Shown in pieces: positions 18,769 through 28,712 of a stretch of 64,000 nt of DNA. Source of the DNA: Promethearchaeota archaeon (GTDB lineage Archaea > Asgardarchaeota > Hermodarchaeia > Hermodarchaeales > Hermodarchaeaceae); assembly GCA_048939625.1 (NCBI GenBank), contig JBHLPH010000003.1:64001-128000 (forward strand). The letters are read 5' to 3'. The translations under genes and the position numbers were made by a program. The notes beneath the pieces were generated by a model. That model was not told the DNA's origin. It saw nothing but the letters and a program-made list of their open reading frames with translations, and ran no database searches. Position 1 is the first letter of the stretch; every line of letters begins with the position of its first letter.

Positions 18769-19356
18769 ATGACATCGCGGTCTTGGTTCCACACAGATAA
18801 GCTGTGGATTCTCGTCACGAGTATTCTGTTTGTCTTAGCTTCAGGTGCCCATATCTGGATACAGATTACAGGAGGATATAGCGCGGGTTCATACCTGGAC
18901 ATGATTCCCCACTTCCTATTCGGAGCAGCAATTTGCGCATTCCTCCTGAACTTCAGCCTAATCCGATCCTGGAAGAAGACACTCCCAATCGTTCCGCCAC
19001 TCCTCTTGGTAATCCTCCCAGCAATACTTTACACTCTCGCCGTAGCTTTCACCTGGGAAATGTTCGAAGAATTTCTCTCCATCTTCTTTCCATGGCTCGG
19101 GATTTATTCCAATTTCTGGTGGAATGGAGTCCGCGACATTGTCATGGGACTTCTAGGAGCCACATTAGCCGCAGGATTATACTTATGGCATTTCCCCGTC
19201 CTCATGGAACAGCAGACTGCATTTGAAAAAACGACGTCAAGGAGGCGTGGTCAGGGATACATTCCAGGTAAAAGTGCAATGCAATACTGTGAAAACTGTG
19301 GATCTGTAATAGAACCAGGTTCAAAACATTGTTCTCATTGTGGTCATAGGCTCTAA
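18769..19356 (+). CDS. Membrane protein with C-terminal zinc ribbon
   Basis: D..PH / WEMFE / RDI motifs in TM helices; CENC...CSHC tail. Confidence 0.7.
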   Translation: MTSRSWFHTDKLWILVTSILFVLASGAHIWIQITGGYSAGSYLDMIPHFLFGAAICAFLLNFSLIRSWKKTLPIVPPLLLVILPAILYTLAVAFTWEMFEEFLSIFFPWLGIYSNFWWNGVRDIVMGLLGATLAAGLYLWHFPVLMEQQTAFEKTTSRRRGQGYIPGKSAMQYCENCGSVIEPGSKHCSHCGHRL

Positions 19357-19431
19357 CTTAAGATAATTACCAGAATTTTCGCTGGAACATAAAGATATTC
19401 AAGGGACACTCATGTATTATGACAAATCCTG

Positions 19432-20529
19432 GTGAAATCCATGAGTAGTGATCCTGTATATGAACGATTGCGAGAGCATCTCGACAATCTTCCGGTTGGT
19501 TTTCCAAAAACAGAATCAGGAGTAGAAATTCGAATACTAAAACAGCTTTTCACTGAAGAAGAGGCTGAGATGGCCATCCACTTAACCTATATTCCTGAAA
19601 CAGTTGACCAAATTGCTCAACGAGCGGGTCGAACCCCTGATGAGATTAAACCATTACTAGAACAGCTAGCTGACAAGGGATTGATTTTCCGCTCTCATAA
19701 AAGAGGAACTACTCAGTATCGGGCTGAATGGTTTGCTGTTGGTATTTATGAGCATCAAGTCAATAACATGACCAAAGAATTCGCTGAGGATTTCGAGCTG
19801 TATATGGAAGAGGCTTTACAGGATGAGCTTGTTGCCTCAGCTGACCCACCTCAACTCCGAGTAATTCCAGTAGCAGCAAGCCTATCTCCTTCAATGGGAA
19901 TCCTACCACATGAAGATGCCCGAGAAATCGTGAAGAAGCAAAGTAAAATCGCGGTTGCCCCCTGCATCTGTAAACGCGAGAAGGAGGCATTGGGTGAATC
20001 GTGCGATAAACCTGAAGAAGTTTGTATGGTCTTCTCATCTGGTGCATACTATTATATTGAAAATGGATATGGCCGCGAAATCACAGTAGATGAAGCGCTA
20101 AAGATTCTTGACCAAGCACACGAAGCTGGTCTGGTGTGCAGTCCAAGCAATGATCAAAAGGGCTTTGTTATTTGTAACTGCTGTGGTTGCCACTGTGGCA
20201 TCTTGACGAATCTAAAGAAGCTACCAAATCCTGCAAAACTGGTTGCTAGTAATTATTACGCAGAAGTTGATGTTGATAGTTGTACTGGCTGTGAAACGTG
20301 TTTAGATCGCTGTCAGATGGATGCCATTTCATTGGAAACCGGCACAGCAAAAATCGATTTAGATTACTGCATTGGCTGTGGATTGTGCGTTACCACTTGT
20401 CCCTCCGAGGCTCTTTCACTGAAGCGGAAAGACGAACCAGAGGTTAGCATTCCACCAGCAAATGCCTTTGAACTGTACCGTGAAATTGGTGAAAAACGCC
20501 TTCAGCGAAGAGTTAGCAGTTCAAATTAG
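19432..20529 (+). CDS. HTH + 4Fe-4S dicluster protein
   Basis: N-terminal HTH; CIC...C...C and CNCCGCHC clusters; two CxxCxxCxxxC motifs. Confidence 0.85.
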   Translation: MKSMSSDPVYERLREHLDNLPVGFPKTESGVEIRILKQLFTEEEAEMAIHLTYIPETVDQIAQRAGRTPDEIKPLLEQLADKGLIFRSHKRGTTQYRAEWFAVGIYEHQVNNMTKEFAEDFELYMEEALQDELVASADPPQLRVIPVAASLSPSMGILPHEDAREIVKKQSKIAVAPCICKREKEALGESCDKPEEVCMVFSSGAYYYIENGYGREITVDEALKILDQAHEAGLVCSPSNDQKGFVICNCCGCHCGILTNLKKLPNPAKLVASNYYAEVDVDSCTGCETCLDRCQMDAISLETGTAKIDLDYCIGCGLCVTTCPSEALSLKRKDEPEVSIPPANAFELYREIGEKRLQRRVSSSN

Positions 20530-20615
20530 TGTGAATCCTGTATCGAAAAATTACTAAAACGAGGAAAGAAGCAATAAGAGTGCTTCCAACTCTGCTTAAA
20601 TCTAGGAAGCGGTTT

Positions 20616-21386
20616 TCATTCTAAGATGACATACTCCCGCTGAGAAACCTTGTTAAACCCAAGCTTTTGGGCGATTCGAACTGAGGGCAAATTATCATCA
20701 CCTGCACTCCAAACAGGCGTAATTTTACGTTCTTGTAAAGCCTCTGCCACAATCGAAGCCGCAGCACTAGCTAATCCTTGATTTCGCCAATCTTCTCGTG
20801 TGATCACTCCAATATCAGCATATTTCGTGGTATGTCCACCAGTATGGGCAATCGAAATTATCTCACCGGAGGCAATCCCACAGGCAACTAGCCCATCTTC
20901 AAGCAACCCACGTGGTGAACCATATCCGTGCCCACGAAATTCCTTAGGCGCAACCTCTAACAACTCCAAATCCTCAATGGTTAAACTTCTGACAAGCTCA
21001 TGCTCAAATCGTTTAACAGGAACCGAGAGAGTGTAATAGAAGTCATTACAATAGCGGACTGGTCGTTTCAGTTGTTTCTGCACGAACGAGCCAACAGTCG
21101 AGGCTATCTCCGCTGGGACATTCACACAGTCCCATCCTTTAATAGTTTGAAGTAACACCCAAACTGCATCAAGATTAGTTCCAAAAATACTAGGCTCGTG
21201 CGGCATGTTGATAAACTGTATCAGAGCAGCCTTCACCTCGGGAATCTCGCCAACAACAGTTGCCTTACAATATAGTCGTTTCAATGCATGGACAGCAAGA
21301 ACGGTTTCAGGGGAATCACCTAGAAACTCTGCTAACATGGACATTTGTTCTGCATCCAACACAAAATATGATTCTAGATTATTCAA
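20616..21386 (-). CDS. GNAT family acetyltransferase
   Basis: IGVITREDWRNQGLA; NLPSVRIAQKLGF. Confidence 0.85.
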   Translation of the reverse strand: MNNLESYFVLDAEQMSMLAEFLGDSPETVLAVHALKRLYCKATVVGEIPEVKAALIQFINMPHEPSIFGTNLDAVWVLLQTIKGWDCVNVPAEIASTVGSFVQKQLKRPVRYCNDFYYTLSVPVKRFEHELVRSLTIEDLELLEVAPKEFRGHGYGSPRGLLEDGLVACGIASGEIISIAHTGGHTTKYADIGVITREDWRNQGLASAAASIVAEALQERKITPVWSAGDDNLPSVRIAQKLGFNKVSQREYVILE

Positions 21387-21444
21387 TGCAGATTCCCTGG
21401 TGAATGAAAGGTATGTAAAAGATGAAAAATTTTAGCAAAAAAGT

Positions 21445-21480
21445 ATGGAGAAACCCTCCCAGCAGAAGGGAGAGTTCCTT
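21445..21480 (-). terminator. Putative hairpin terminator of the acyl-CoA ligase gene
   Basis: CTCCC...GGGAG stem a few nt past the stop, followed on the minus strand by a T-rich tract. Confidence 0.35.
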
Positions 21481-21487
21481 TCTGTTA

Positions 21488-23227
21488 CTATTTTGTTAAT
21501 TCTTCATCCCGAAGGACACGCCGAAGAACTTTACCCACGGCCGACTGTGGTAGCGAGGTTCGAAATTCGATAACCCGTGGACGTTTATAGCCTGCCATAC
21601 GGTCCTTAGCCCAGGTGATGATTTCTTCTTCTGTCGCCGATTCACCTGGAGTAAGTACCACAAAGGCTTTCACAGTCTCATTCGCAGGATCATCTTCACG
21701 TGGAACACCAATCACTGCAGCCATCTGGATCTTCGGATGCTCAACCAGCATCTCCTCGATTTCGGCGGGATAGGCTTTGAAGCCTGAAACGTTGATCATG
21801 TCTTTCTTGCGGTCGGTGATGTGGAGGTAGCCTTCTTCGTCGAAGTGTCCGATATCGCCGGTGAGGAAGAAGCGTTCGCCTTTGATGTCACGCATGACAG
21901 CTTCGGTGGCTTTGGGTTTCTGCCAGTAGCCTTTCATGACTTGTGGTCCTGAAATGGCTACTTCGCCGTCTTCGCCAGTTTTCTTCTCCTTGGTTCCGGT
22001 TTCGAGGTCGAGGATTTTGATGACGGTGTCTGAGATTGGGAAGCCGACGGATCCGAATTTACGTGTGCTGAGTTTGGAGGGATCAGCGCTTGCGAGGGGA
22101 GAGGTTTCGGTAAGTCCGTATCCTTCAAAGAGAACGGCTCCGGAGGCGGCTTCAAAGGCTTTGGCTGTAGCGGGTGGCAGTGGAGCTGCTCCTGATCCAC
22201 AGGCTTTGAGGCTAGTCAGGTTGTATTTTCCGATGTCTGGATGGTAGGCCATACCTGCGTAGATGCTTGGTACGGCATGGAGAAGAGTGCCTTTATTGTC
22301 TTGGGTTTGTTTGAGGAGATCTGAGAGCGGGGGTTTTCCGGCGCGGGGATCGGGTATGCAGACACAAGCGCTTCGGTGGTAGACTGCTGCTATCATGGTG
22401 AGGGTGAGACCATAGCTGTGATACCAGGGTAAAGCGCCGATATAGACTTCTTTGCCGGTTTCGAGGGGTTGGGCTTTCCCGCCACCTTTAGGTTCGAGTT
22501 TGACCCATTCATCGTATTGCATGACGTTTGCGTAGAGGTTGTAGTGAGTTAACATGGCGCCTTTGGGAACGCCAGTGGTTCCTCCAGTGTAGAGGATGAG
22601 GGCAAGATCGTCTTTGGGTTTCAGTTTGATACTCGGTAGTGTGGGTTCGTATTGGTCCATGATGTCGGAGTAGAAGGTTGTTTTGTCTTCTTCGTAGTAT
22701 TTGCTTTTTGGAATTTTGCCTAAAAGCCCGCCAAGAACTGCTTTTCCTTTGGAGAGGAAAGGTTTGATGCTGCAAACGATTACATGACTACAGTCAGTAT
22801 CAACTAGTGCATCATAGCTATTAGGGACAAAAATCGGATGGTCGAATACGAAAACTGCTTTCGCTCCAGAATCTTTGAGTTGGTGGTGCAATTCGGCTGT
22901 CTTGTATTGTGGGTTACATGTAACGACCGTAGCGCCTGCTTTGAGAATGCCAAAGAATGCGGAGGGATAGTGGGGAACATTTGGCATGTAGATGGCTACA
23001 CGGTCACCTTTCTTAATTCCGAGTTTGACCAAAAAATTGGTAATTCGATTGGCGCTTTCATTCACTTCTGCGAAGCTTTGGGAGTTCCCTGAATAGACTG
23101 TATATGGTTTGTCACCGGCTTCTTGAGCTGCTTTGTCGAGGATTGCGAAGAGTGGCTCTTCGGGGTATTTGATGGTTTTTTTGACCTCTTCGGGCCATTT
23201 ATGTTTGTGCCATAGCATTTCTTTCAT
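21488..23227 (-). CDS. Long-chain fatty-acid--CoA ligase
   Basis: YTGGTTGVPKG, EGYGLTE, TGDIG, DRKKD, GKVLRR. Confidence 0.92.
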   Translation of the reverse strand: MKEMLWHKHKWPEEVKKTIKYPEEPLFAILDKAAQEAGDKPYTVYSGNSQSFAEVNESANRITNFLVKLGIKKGDRVAIYMPNVPHYPSAFFGILKAGATVVTCNPQYKTAELHHQLKDSGAKAVFVFDHPIFVPNSYDALVDTDCSHVIVCSIKPFLSKGKAVLGGLLGKIPKSKYYEEDKTTFYSDIMDQYEPTLPSIKLKPKDDLALILYTGGTTGVPKGAMLTHYNLYANVMQYDEWVKLEPKGGGKAQPLETGKEVYIGALPWYHSYGLTLTMIAAVYHRSACVCIPDPRAGKPPLSDLLKQTQDNKGTLLHAVPSIYAGMAYHPDIGKYNLTSLKACGSGAAPLPPATAKAFEAASGAVLFEGYGLTETSPLASADPSKLSTRKFGSVGFPISDTVIKILDLETGTKEKKTGEDGEVAISGPQVMKGYWQKPKATEAVMRDIKGERFFLTGDIGHFDEEGYLHITDRKKDMINVSGFKAYPAEIEEMLVEHPKIQMAAVIGVPREDDPANETVKAFVVLTPGESATEEEIITWAKDRMAGYKRPRVIEFRTSLPQSAVGKVLRRVLRDEELTK

Positions 23228-23487
23228 GTGTCATCCTACACTCCATTGGAGTAATTGTAGTTAGTGTGAATTTAGTATCGGGTATTGGTACTGTTCTAGT
23301 TGAATTACCTTTTGGCAGAGTGAGAAAATGGCGACAAAAATCAGCAATTGTAGGTTTCTCAACACGAGTATATGCGCTATATTCGTTGTTTTGGTTGAAA
23401 TCAAATAGACATAGATGTGAAGAGGACTAGCGTGTTTTGTGGATTCTAGGAAGAAAAGGTGAGAAAAGCTGGATCTGAGCTAGTTAC

Positions 23488-24528
23488 TCAGACCTCAACT
23501 TTGAGACCGAGTTCCCGGACAAGTTCTTTGTAGCGGTTGCGTACAGTGACTTCGGTGACTCGGCTGATTTCGGCAATTTCACGTTGGGTACGGCGTTCGC
23601 CTTCCTGGATGGAGGCAATGTAGAGGCTAGCTGCGGCGAGACCGGTGGGGTCTTTGCCAGCTGTGATACCTTTGGATCGGGCTTGGTCCACAATCTCTGC
23701 GGCTGTGTGTTGAACATCACCACTAAGCTCTAAGGCTTGAGCAAAACGTGGGATGAAATCGGTAGGTGAGGCGATTGGGATTCGAACTTCGAGTTCCCTG
23801 AGAAGGAGTCGATAACAGCGTCCGAGTTCTTTGCGGCTGATTCGACTGTGATGAGCAATCTCATCGAGGGTTCGTGGAACCTGGCGGAGGCGACAGGCTG
23901 CATAGACACAGGAAGCTATCATAGCTTCAATACTGCGACCCCTGATAAGGTGGTGTTCGATGGCACGGCGATAGAGGATAGCTGCTGCTTCCTTTACGGG
24001 TCTGGGAACGCCAAGTTGACTGGTTAACCTGTCCAATTCACTCATAGCGTAGGCGAGGTTTCGGTCTATGCTGGAGTGTACCCGTGTTCGGATTTGCCAT
24101 TTTCGGAGTCGATAAATTTGCGCTCGTCGGCTGGGAGCTAATTTCTTTCCATAGGCGTCGCGATTCCGCCAGTCAATCATGGTGCTTAGGCCTTTATCGT
24201 GCACCGTATAGGTCATTGGGCTTCCAACTCGACTACGTTTGTCGCGTTCTTCCGAGGTAAAAGCCCGCCATTCGGGTCCTTGATCAACCATATGGGCATC
24301 AAGTACAAGTCCGCAGTTTCGACAGATAATTTCACCGCGTGTGGTATCACGGATGACCTCTTGGCCACTACAATCTGGACATCGAGTTACTTGTTGAGGA
24401 GAGTCTGGCGGACTGACCCGTAGTTTTTCTTCTACAAAAGGAGCTTCTTCAACCATTACTCTTTCGACCTTCTTTCTCCGATGAAGAGGGGACCGGGGAT
24501 ATTGAGAGAGTCTGCTCTCTAAGAGCAT
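23488..24528 (-). CDS. tfb: Transcription initiation factor IIB (probable start ATG 24456)
   Basis: CPDC..CRNC zinc ribbon, GPEWRAF B-reader, two cyclin repeats, TEVTVRNRYKE. Confidence 0.97.
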   Translation of the reverse strand: MLLESRLSQYPRSPLHRRKKVERVMVEEAPFVEEKLRVSPPDSPQQVTRCPDCSGQEVIRDTTRGEIICRNCGLVLDAHMVDQGPEWRAFTSEERDKRSRVGSPMTYTVHDKGLSTMIDWRNRDAYGKKLAPSRRAQIYRLRKWQIRTRVHSSIDRNLAYAMSELDRLTSQLGVPRPVKEAAAILYRRAIEHHLIRGRSIEAMIASCVYAACRLRQVPRTLDEIAHHSRISRKELGRCYRLLLRELEVRIPIASPTDFIPRFAQALELSGDVQHTAAEIVDQARSKGITAGKDPTGLAAASLYIASIQEGERRTQREIAEISRVTEVTVRNRYKELVRELGLKVEV

Positions 24529-24835
24529 CGTCCCAGTCTGTTGGTAGGTATTTCAAGCCATTTTTTCCATCGTCCGCTGGTTACGACGGAAAAGGATGCT
24601 ATCATCTAGTGTATTTGTGGTATTTTTCCCCGCTTGGTCTGGCGAAACCTTTATAAGGTTCGCCAGTAGGGAACGGGCTTCCAGCCTTTTAAAGCTTTCT
24701 TCAATCATATGTGTAAACATAATAACGTTAATGATAGCTTTACACATATCTTCGTATTACCCGACTCAAATCCGTTTTTTCACAAGTTTTTTCGATTTCA
24801 TCGATTCGTTGGAAAAAAATCAAATTTTTTTAAAT

Positions 24836-25852
24836 TTATTCGGTGGTGAGTTCAATGCCGTCCTTGGTGATTAAGAAGGTATGTTCGGTTTGGGCAACCT
24901 TACTACCCTTAGTGTCGGCGAGCACACTGTACTGTCGAAGAACTTTCTTTGTGGTAAGTTCGCGTAATCCCATCGCTAGACTAAGTTTGGATATATGCTT
25001 GGTCAAATAGCGGCGACTAAATGGTAGACCTTTGAATTCACGAGCTACGAGGCGGAGAATGTCACGGGCACCTTGAGTTCGGACTGGGGTTCGTGTGGGA
25101 TTTAGGCTGAAGATATAATATTGACCTGTTTCATGAACGCTCCCAGTACCCGTGGTAGCAAATGTTTCAAGGGCGTAGGCTTCGCCTTCTTCAAGGATGG
25201 AGCCATGAGGAACAGCAATGTTTGGGAGACTCTTGGGTCCATGGAGAACGTACTCGTCTAATTGATGGCCACTGAGATCTCGAATCGGGCGATAGCCATA
25301 CCCGCGAATTGTGTTTTCTATGATTTTTCCAAGATCTTTGCTGTTGGTTTTGGGTCGGATAAGAAGAAGGGCTTTACTAAGAGCCTCACGACTTGCTTCA
25401 ACAAGGGAATCCAATTCGGTGTCAAAACTGACCGTAGTTGCTGTGTCAGCAATATATCCATCGATATGAACGCCGATATCGATTTTGACGATGTCGCCTT
25501 CCTGAATTACTGTTGTATCTTCTTCAGGGCTAGAATAGTGGGCTGCAACCTCATTTATGGAGACATTGGTCGGAAAACCAATTCCACCACCTAATTCAAT
25601 AATTCGTGCTTCTACAGTTTCACAAAGCTCAAGAGCGCTAGCTCCAATCTTTATTTGAGGGAGGATTTCTCCACGGACTTGGCTTGCAATTTTTCCTGCC
25701 CGCCGGTATTTGTCCTCAGGACTTTCTTCGGACTCCTGTTTCTCTTCTTTCTCCAGTGTTTTTTCTTCCGAAGTAGGAGGAACAGGTGGGGTTTCCGTGG
25801 CTTTTTCTGGTTTCTCGTCTGGTTTTTCCTTAGCTTTTGTTCGCTTTGCCAT
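24836..25852 (-). CDS. map: Type II methionine aminopeptidase with charged N-terminal extension
   Basis: FPTNVS.NEVAAHY, KIDIGVHIDGYIADTA, GHQL, ALETF, QTEHT. Confidence 0.95.
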   Translation of the reverse strand: MAKRTKAKEKPDEKPEKATETPPVPPTSEEKTLEKEEKQESEESPEDKYRRAGKIASQVRGEILPQIKIGASALELCETVEARIIELGGGIGFPTNVSINEVAAHYSSPEEDTTVIQEGDIVKIDIGVHIDGYIADTATTVSFDTELDSLVEASREALSKALLLIRPKTNSKDLGKIIENTIRGYGYRPIRDLSGHQLDEYVLHGPKSLPNIAVPHGSILEEGEAYALETFATTGTGSVHETGQYYIFSLNPTRTPVRTQGARDILRLVAREFKGLPFSRRYLTKHISKLSLAMGLRELTTKKVLRQYSVLADTKGSKVAQTEHTFLITKDGIELTTE

Positions 25853-25955
25853 GATGATTGCAGCCTCTTTGTGTGGTTTGCCAGTTGAAGGGGGATTCTT
25901 TAAGGTTTACGTTCCTCAATAGGAGAGGTATAGCTTCCCTTTCTAAATTTGCGCA

Positions 25956-26384
25956 TTGACCAGAACAATTTTAGCTGTTTTGAGATATTTACGAAAAGGG
26001 GTTCTGTTAATGTCGGCTACAGCCAAGAATCTTCAAGCCCTCCTTCGCCAAATGGAGAGTACGACACCGGGCATCGAAGCAAGCGCTATTGTCACGGCTC
26101 AAGGGTTACCAATTGTAGCAGCGATGCCTCAAACCGTCAATGAAGCCATCGTCGCTGCAATGACAGCGGCGTTATTGGGTGTTGCAGAGCGCGCGTTAAC
26201 AGAGATACCACGTGGGAAACTTATGCAGATTACTGTGGAAGCAGAAAATGGTTATATTATTTTGAAAGGTGCAGGAGAAAATGCAATCCTCACTTCTTTA
26301 GTAAAGAAAAGTGCGAATCTTGGAATGATATTCTTGGTTATGAAGCGATATAGTAGCCAAATCGAATCGATCCTCCAAGCCTAA
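25956..26384 (+). CDS. Roadblock/LC7 (MglB-like) protein (probable start ATG 26010)
   Basis: ASAIVTAQGLPIVA...VAAMTAALLG...QITVEAENG...NLGMI. Confidence 0.9.
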   Translation: MTRTILAVLRYLRKGVLLMSATAKNLQALLRQMESTTPGIEASAIVTAQGLPIVAAMPQTVNEAIVAAMTAALLGVAERALTEIPRGKLMQITVEAENGYIILKGAGENAILTSLVKKSANLGMIFLVMKRYSSQIESILQA

Positions 26385-26440
26385 CAAACGATTCGAGTAA
26401 TTGTTGGAGCTTTTTTTGATTTGGCGATTGACAAAAAGGT

Positions 26441-26512
26441 GGCGGCTCTAGTCCGCCCGTCGTTCACTTCATCTTGGTATCAGTGCGATCAGGTTTCCTC
26501 TTCATTGCCGCC
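26441..26512 (-). ncRNA. Box C/D guide sRNA
   Basis: Minus strand reads GGCGGC-A-ATGAAGA(C)-guide-CTGA(D')-..-ATGAAGT(C')-GAACGACGGGCGGA-CTAGA(D-like)-GCCGCC, then a T-tract. The D guide is complementary to the conserved SSU rRNA CCGCCCGUC. Confidence 0.8.
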
Positions 26513-26534
26513 GAGATAAGAGGAGAGCTAAGCG

Positions 26535-27149
26535 TTACTTAAGGGTTGTGAGCAGATTATCGATTTGCTGTTGAATTTGGTTTTGCACTTCACGAATCGA
26601 GCACGTTGCATCAATTATCGTGAAACCATTTTCTTGTGCCCTTTCAATGAAGATTTGTCTTACCTTCTCGAGGAAGGTGACATATTCGAATTTTTCTTTT
26701 GGTTTTGGTCTTCTCTTTCGTGCTAAAGCAGTTTTGGGGGCAATATCGAGCACGAAGGTGATGGTTGGAGTGAGGGCATACCGATTTAGGTTCTGCACCC
26801 ATTCGCGATCAAGTCCGGAAGAACATTGATAGGCAAAGGATGATTCAACATAGCGATCCGTGATGACGATTTGTCCTTTATCCAGAGCCGGCTGAATTTT
26901 GTTCAATGTATTATCAATGCGATCAGCTGCAAAAAGTAAGGCATCAATTGCAGGCGATACCGTTGTGTCTTGTAATATTTGCCGTATCAGCTTTCCAATT
27001 CGTTCATCTGTTGGTTCATGGGTTTCGACTACTTCGAACCCTTTTTTTCTCAGCCATTTGCTCAGTAATTTTGTGTGAGTGGTTGTACCACTTCCATCGA
27101 TTCCTTCTAGCGCAATGAAAAGTCCTTGTTGCATTTCAAGCACACTCAA
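26535..27149 (-). CDS. tmk: Thymidylate kinase
   Basis: EGIDGSGTTT, THEP, LLFAADR, DRYVESSFAYQ. Confidence 0.93.
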   Translation of the reverse strand: MSVLEMQQGLFIALEGIDGSGTTTHTKLLSKWLRKKGFEVVETHEPTDERIGKLIRQILQDTTVSPAIDALLFAADRIDNTLNKIQPALDKGQIVITDRYVESSFAYQCSSGLDREWVQNLNRYALTPTITFVLDIAPKTALARKRRPKPKEKFEYVTFLEKVRQIFIERAQENGFTIIDATCSIREVQNQIQQQIDNLLTTLK

Positions 27150-27219
27150 GAGAACTTGTTTTGGTCCTGAATGAGTTAGAGGTTATTAAATAAAAAGGGA
27201 GTGATGAGATTCTTTATTT

Positions 27220-27735
27220 ATGAATGTCCAGCCACTATTTGCCTCTTCCGTCTTTACAATATCTTCGAACCTTGAAGTATACCAGGTAATCAATTATGAT
27301 TATTCTGATCCAGAAGGGGTGTACGCAGAGATTCTTGAAGATGAGGAAGCGGTCGAAACTGAAATCACCAAGATTCATTCTAACATGGCTGAATTTCTTG
27401 AAGCAGAAAAGGTGTATATTAACGGCACTCAAGTAAGACAAGAAATTGTGCATGTCGATATTGGATTGCGTGGAACACCTGAAATCGCGTATTTCCAATG
27501 GGTTATTCATTTCCAGGGTGCACCAATAAAGGATGAAAACATCTTAGCGAGTGATGTTGAAACAGAAGTAGCAGAATATGATATCGAAGTACTGTATTTG
27601 TTTCCAAAGAACACACGAATTCTTGAAGTCATCACTCCGATGGAATCTGAGATTCGTGGACCATTGTTTTTTGTTTGGGCACTAAAAGGGGATCTTGTTG
27701 GAGGACATGAATCAGTTCGATTCCGATTTACTTAG
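27220..27735 (+). CDS. Hypothetical acidic beta-rich protein
   Basis: 171-aa ORF fills the intergenic gap; no family recognised. Confidence 0.65.
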   Translation: MNVQPLFASSVFTISSNLEVYQVINYDYSDPEGVYAEILEDEEAVETEITKIHSNMAEFLEAEKVYINGTQVRQEIVHVDIGLRGTPEIAYFQWVIHFQGAPIKDENILASDVETEVAEYDIEVLYLFPKNTRILEVITPMESEIRGPLFFVWALKGDLVGGHESVRFRFT

Positions 27736-28637
27736 CGTTGAAGCAGCCGCCCACAGGAATAGCACCACTTAGTTCCTAGAGTGATTTTTGCTTGACAGTA
27801 AGGACAGATACCTTTTCCTTTCTGATCTGTTTTCTTCTTCTTACTAGAAGTAGATTCGGTTGGTTGGGTAAGAGGAGCGGCCACTGTTCCTAGGATTGAA
27901 CGAAGCCCTGCGATGATACTTGTTGTTTTATTGAGTTCATCGTCTATTGCCTTCAGCTGTTTATTCACATCCTTTTTTGATACCTCATCGATACGGGCGC
28001 GAATCTGAAGTGTCTCTTTTTCAAATTCGAGTTGTTGTTTACGCTCTTCTAATTTCGCTAGCCAACCATTTGCTTGGGAGAACTCATTTTCAAGCTGTTG
28101 ATTTGTTTCAGCTAGTTTACTTCCATACTCAGAGGACAACCGCTGATAAATCGCGTCATCAACTTCTCCAGATTTCCGAAGATCATCAAGACGTTGAATA
28201 CGACCTTCTTGGACTTTCTTTTCTTGTTGAAGTTGCTCAAGTGGTGTAATGGCTTTGTTTTCCAAGTCATCGATTTCTTTTGAAATAGGATCTAATCGGG
28301 TTTGTAGCTTTTCAGACTGGGATGTTGCCTCTTTTTCTGATAACTCGCCCACGAGTTGTTTTACTTTGATGGTTTCTTGCTCTTCATCAAGAGCGGCTTT
28401 TTGTGATCGAAGCCTCTCGAGTTTTCCGCGCATGATTAGGGCTGATTCTGCCATGGGAGGGATGGCTTCGACCTCTTTTATCAGTTCGTTTGATGGAGTG
28501 GGTGCTGCACTCGTTGTTTTTGGTTGAACAGCGGTCGCCATTCTTTGCCGGGCAGTTAGTGAAACTCCGCAATATGAACAGAACTTGGCGTTAGGCTTTA
28601 ATTTTCGCCCGCATTCGGGGCATTGTTGATTTGACAT
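27732..28637 (-). CDS. Zinc ribbon - coiled coil (SHOCT/CdvA-like repeats) - zinc ribbon protein
   Basis: CPEC..CSYC at the N-terminus, long heptad region with GEL/GEV/DEV turns, CPYC..CYSC at the C-terminus. Confidence 0.75.
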   Translation of the reverse strand: MSNQQCPECGRKLKPNAKFCSYCGVSLTARQRMATAVQPKTTSAAPTPSNELIKEVEAIPPMAESALIMRGKLERLRSQKAALDEEQETIKVKQLVGELSEKEATSQSEKLQTRLDPISKEIDDLENKAITPLEQLQQEKKVQEGRIQRLDDLRKSGEVDDAIYQRLSSEYGSKLAETNQQLENEFSQANGWLAKLEERKQQLEFEKETLQIRARIDEVSKKDVNKQLKAIDDELNKTTSIIAGLRSILGTVAAPLTQPTESTSSKKKKTDQKGKGICPYCQAKITLGTKWCYSCGRLLQR

Positions 28638-28712
28638 CGTTCTCAGTCCTATCAGCTATCTTGAAAGAGCAGGAACGAACTTATAAAGTCGGGGGATTAG
28701 GCTACTCGCCCT

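Noticed and set aside
26486-26498. D' guide match AGGTTTCC to eukaryotic 18S helix 45
   Set aside because: Only 8 nt, distant from the D' box, and archaeal 16S usually differs there; it cannot be supported without the cognate rRNA.
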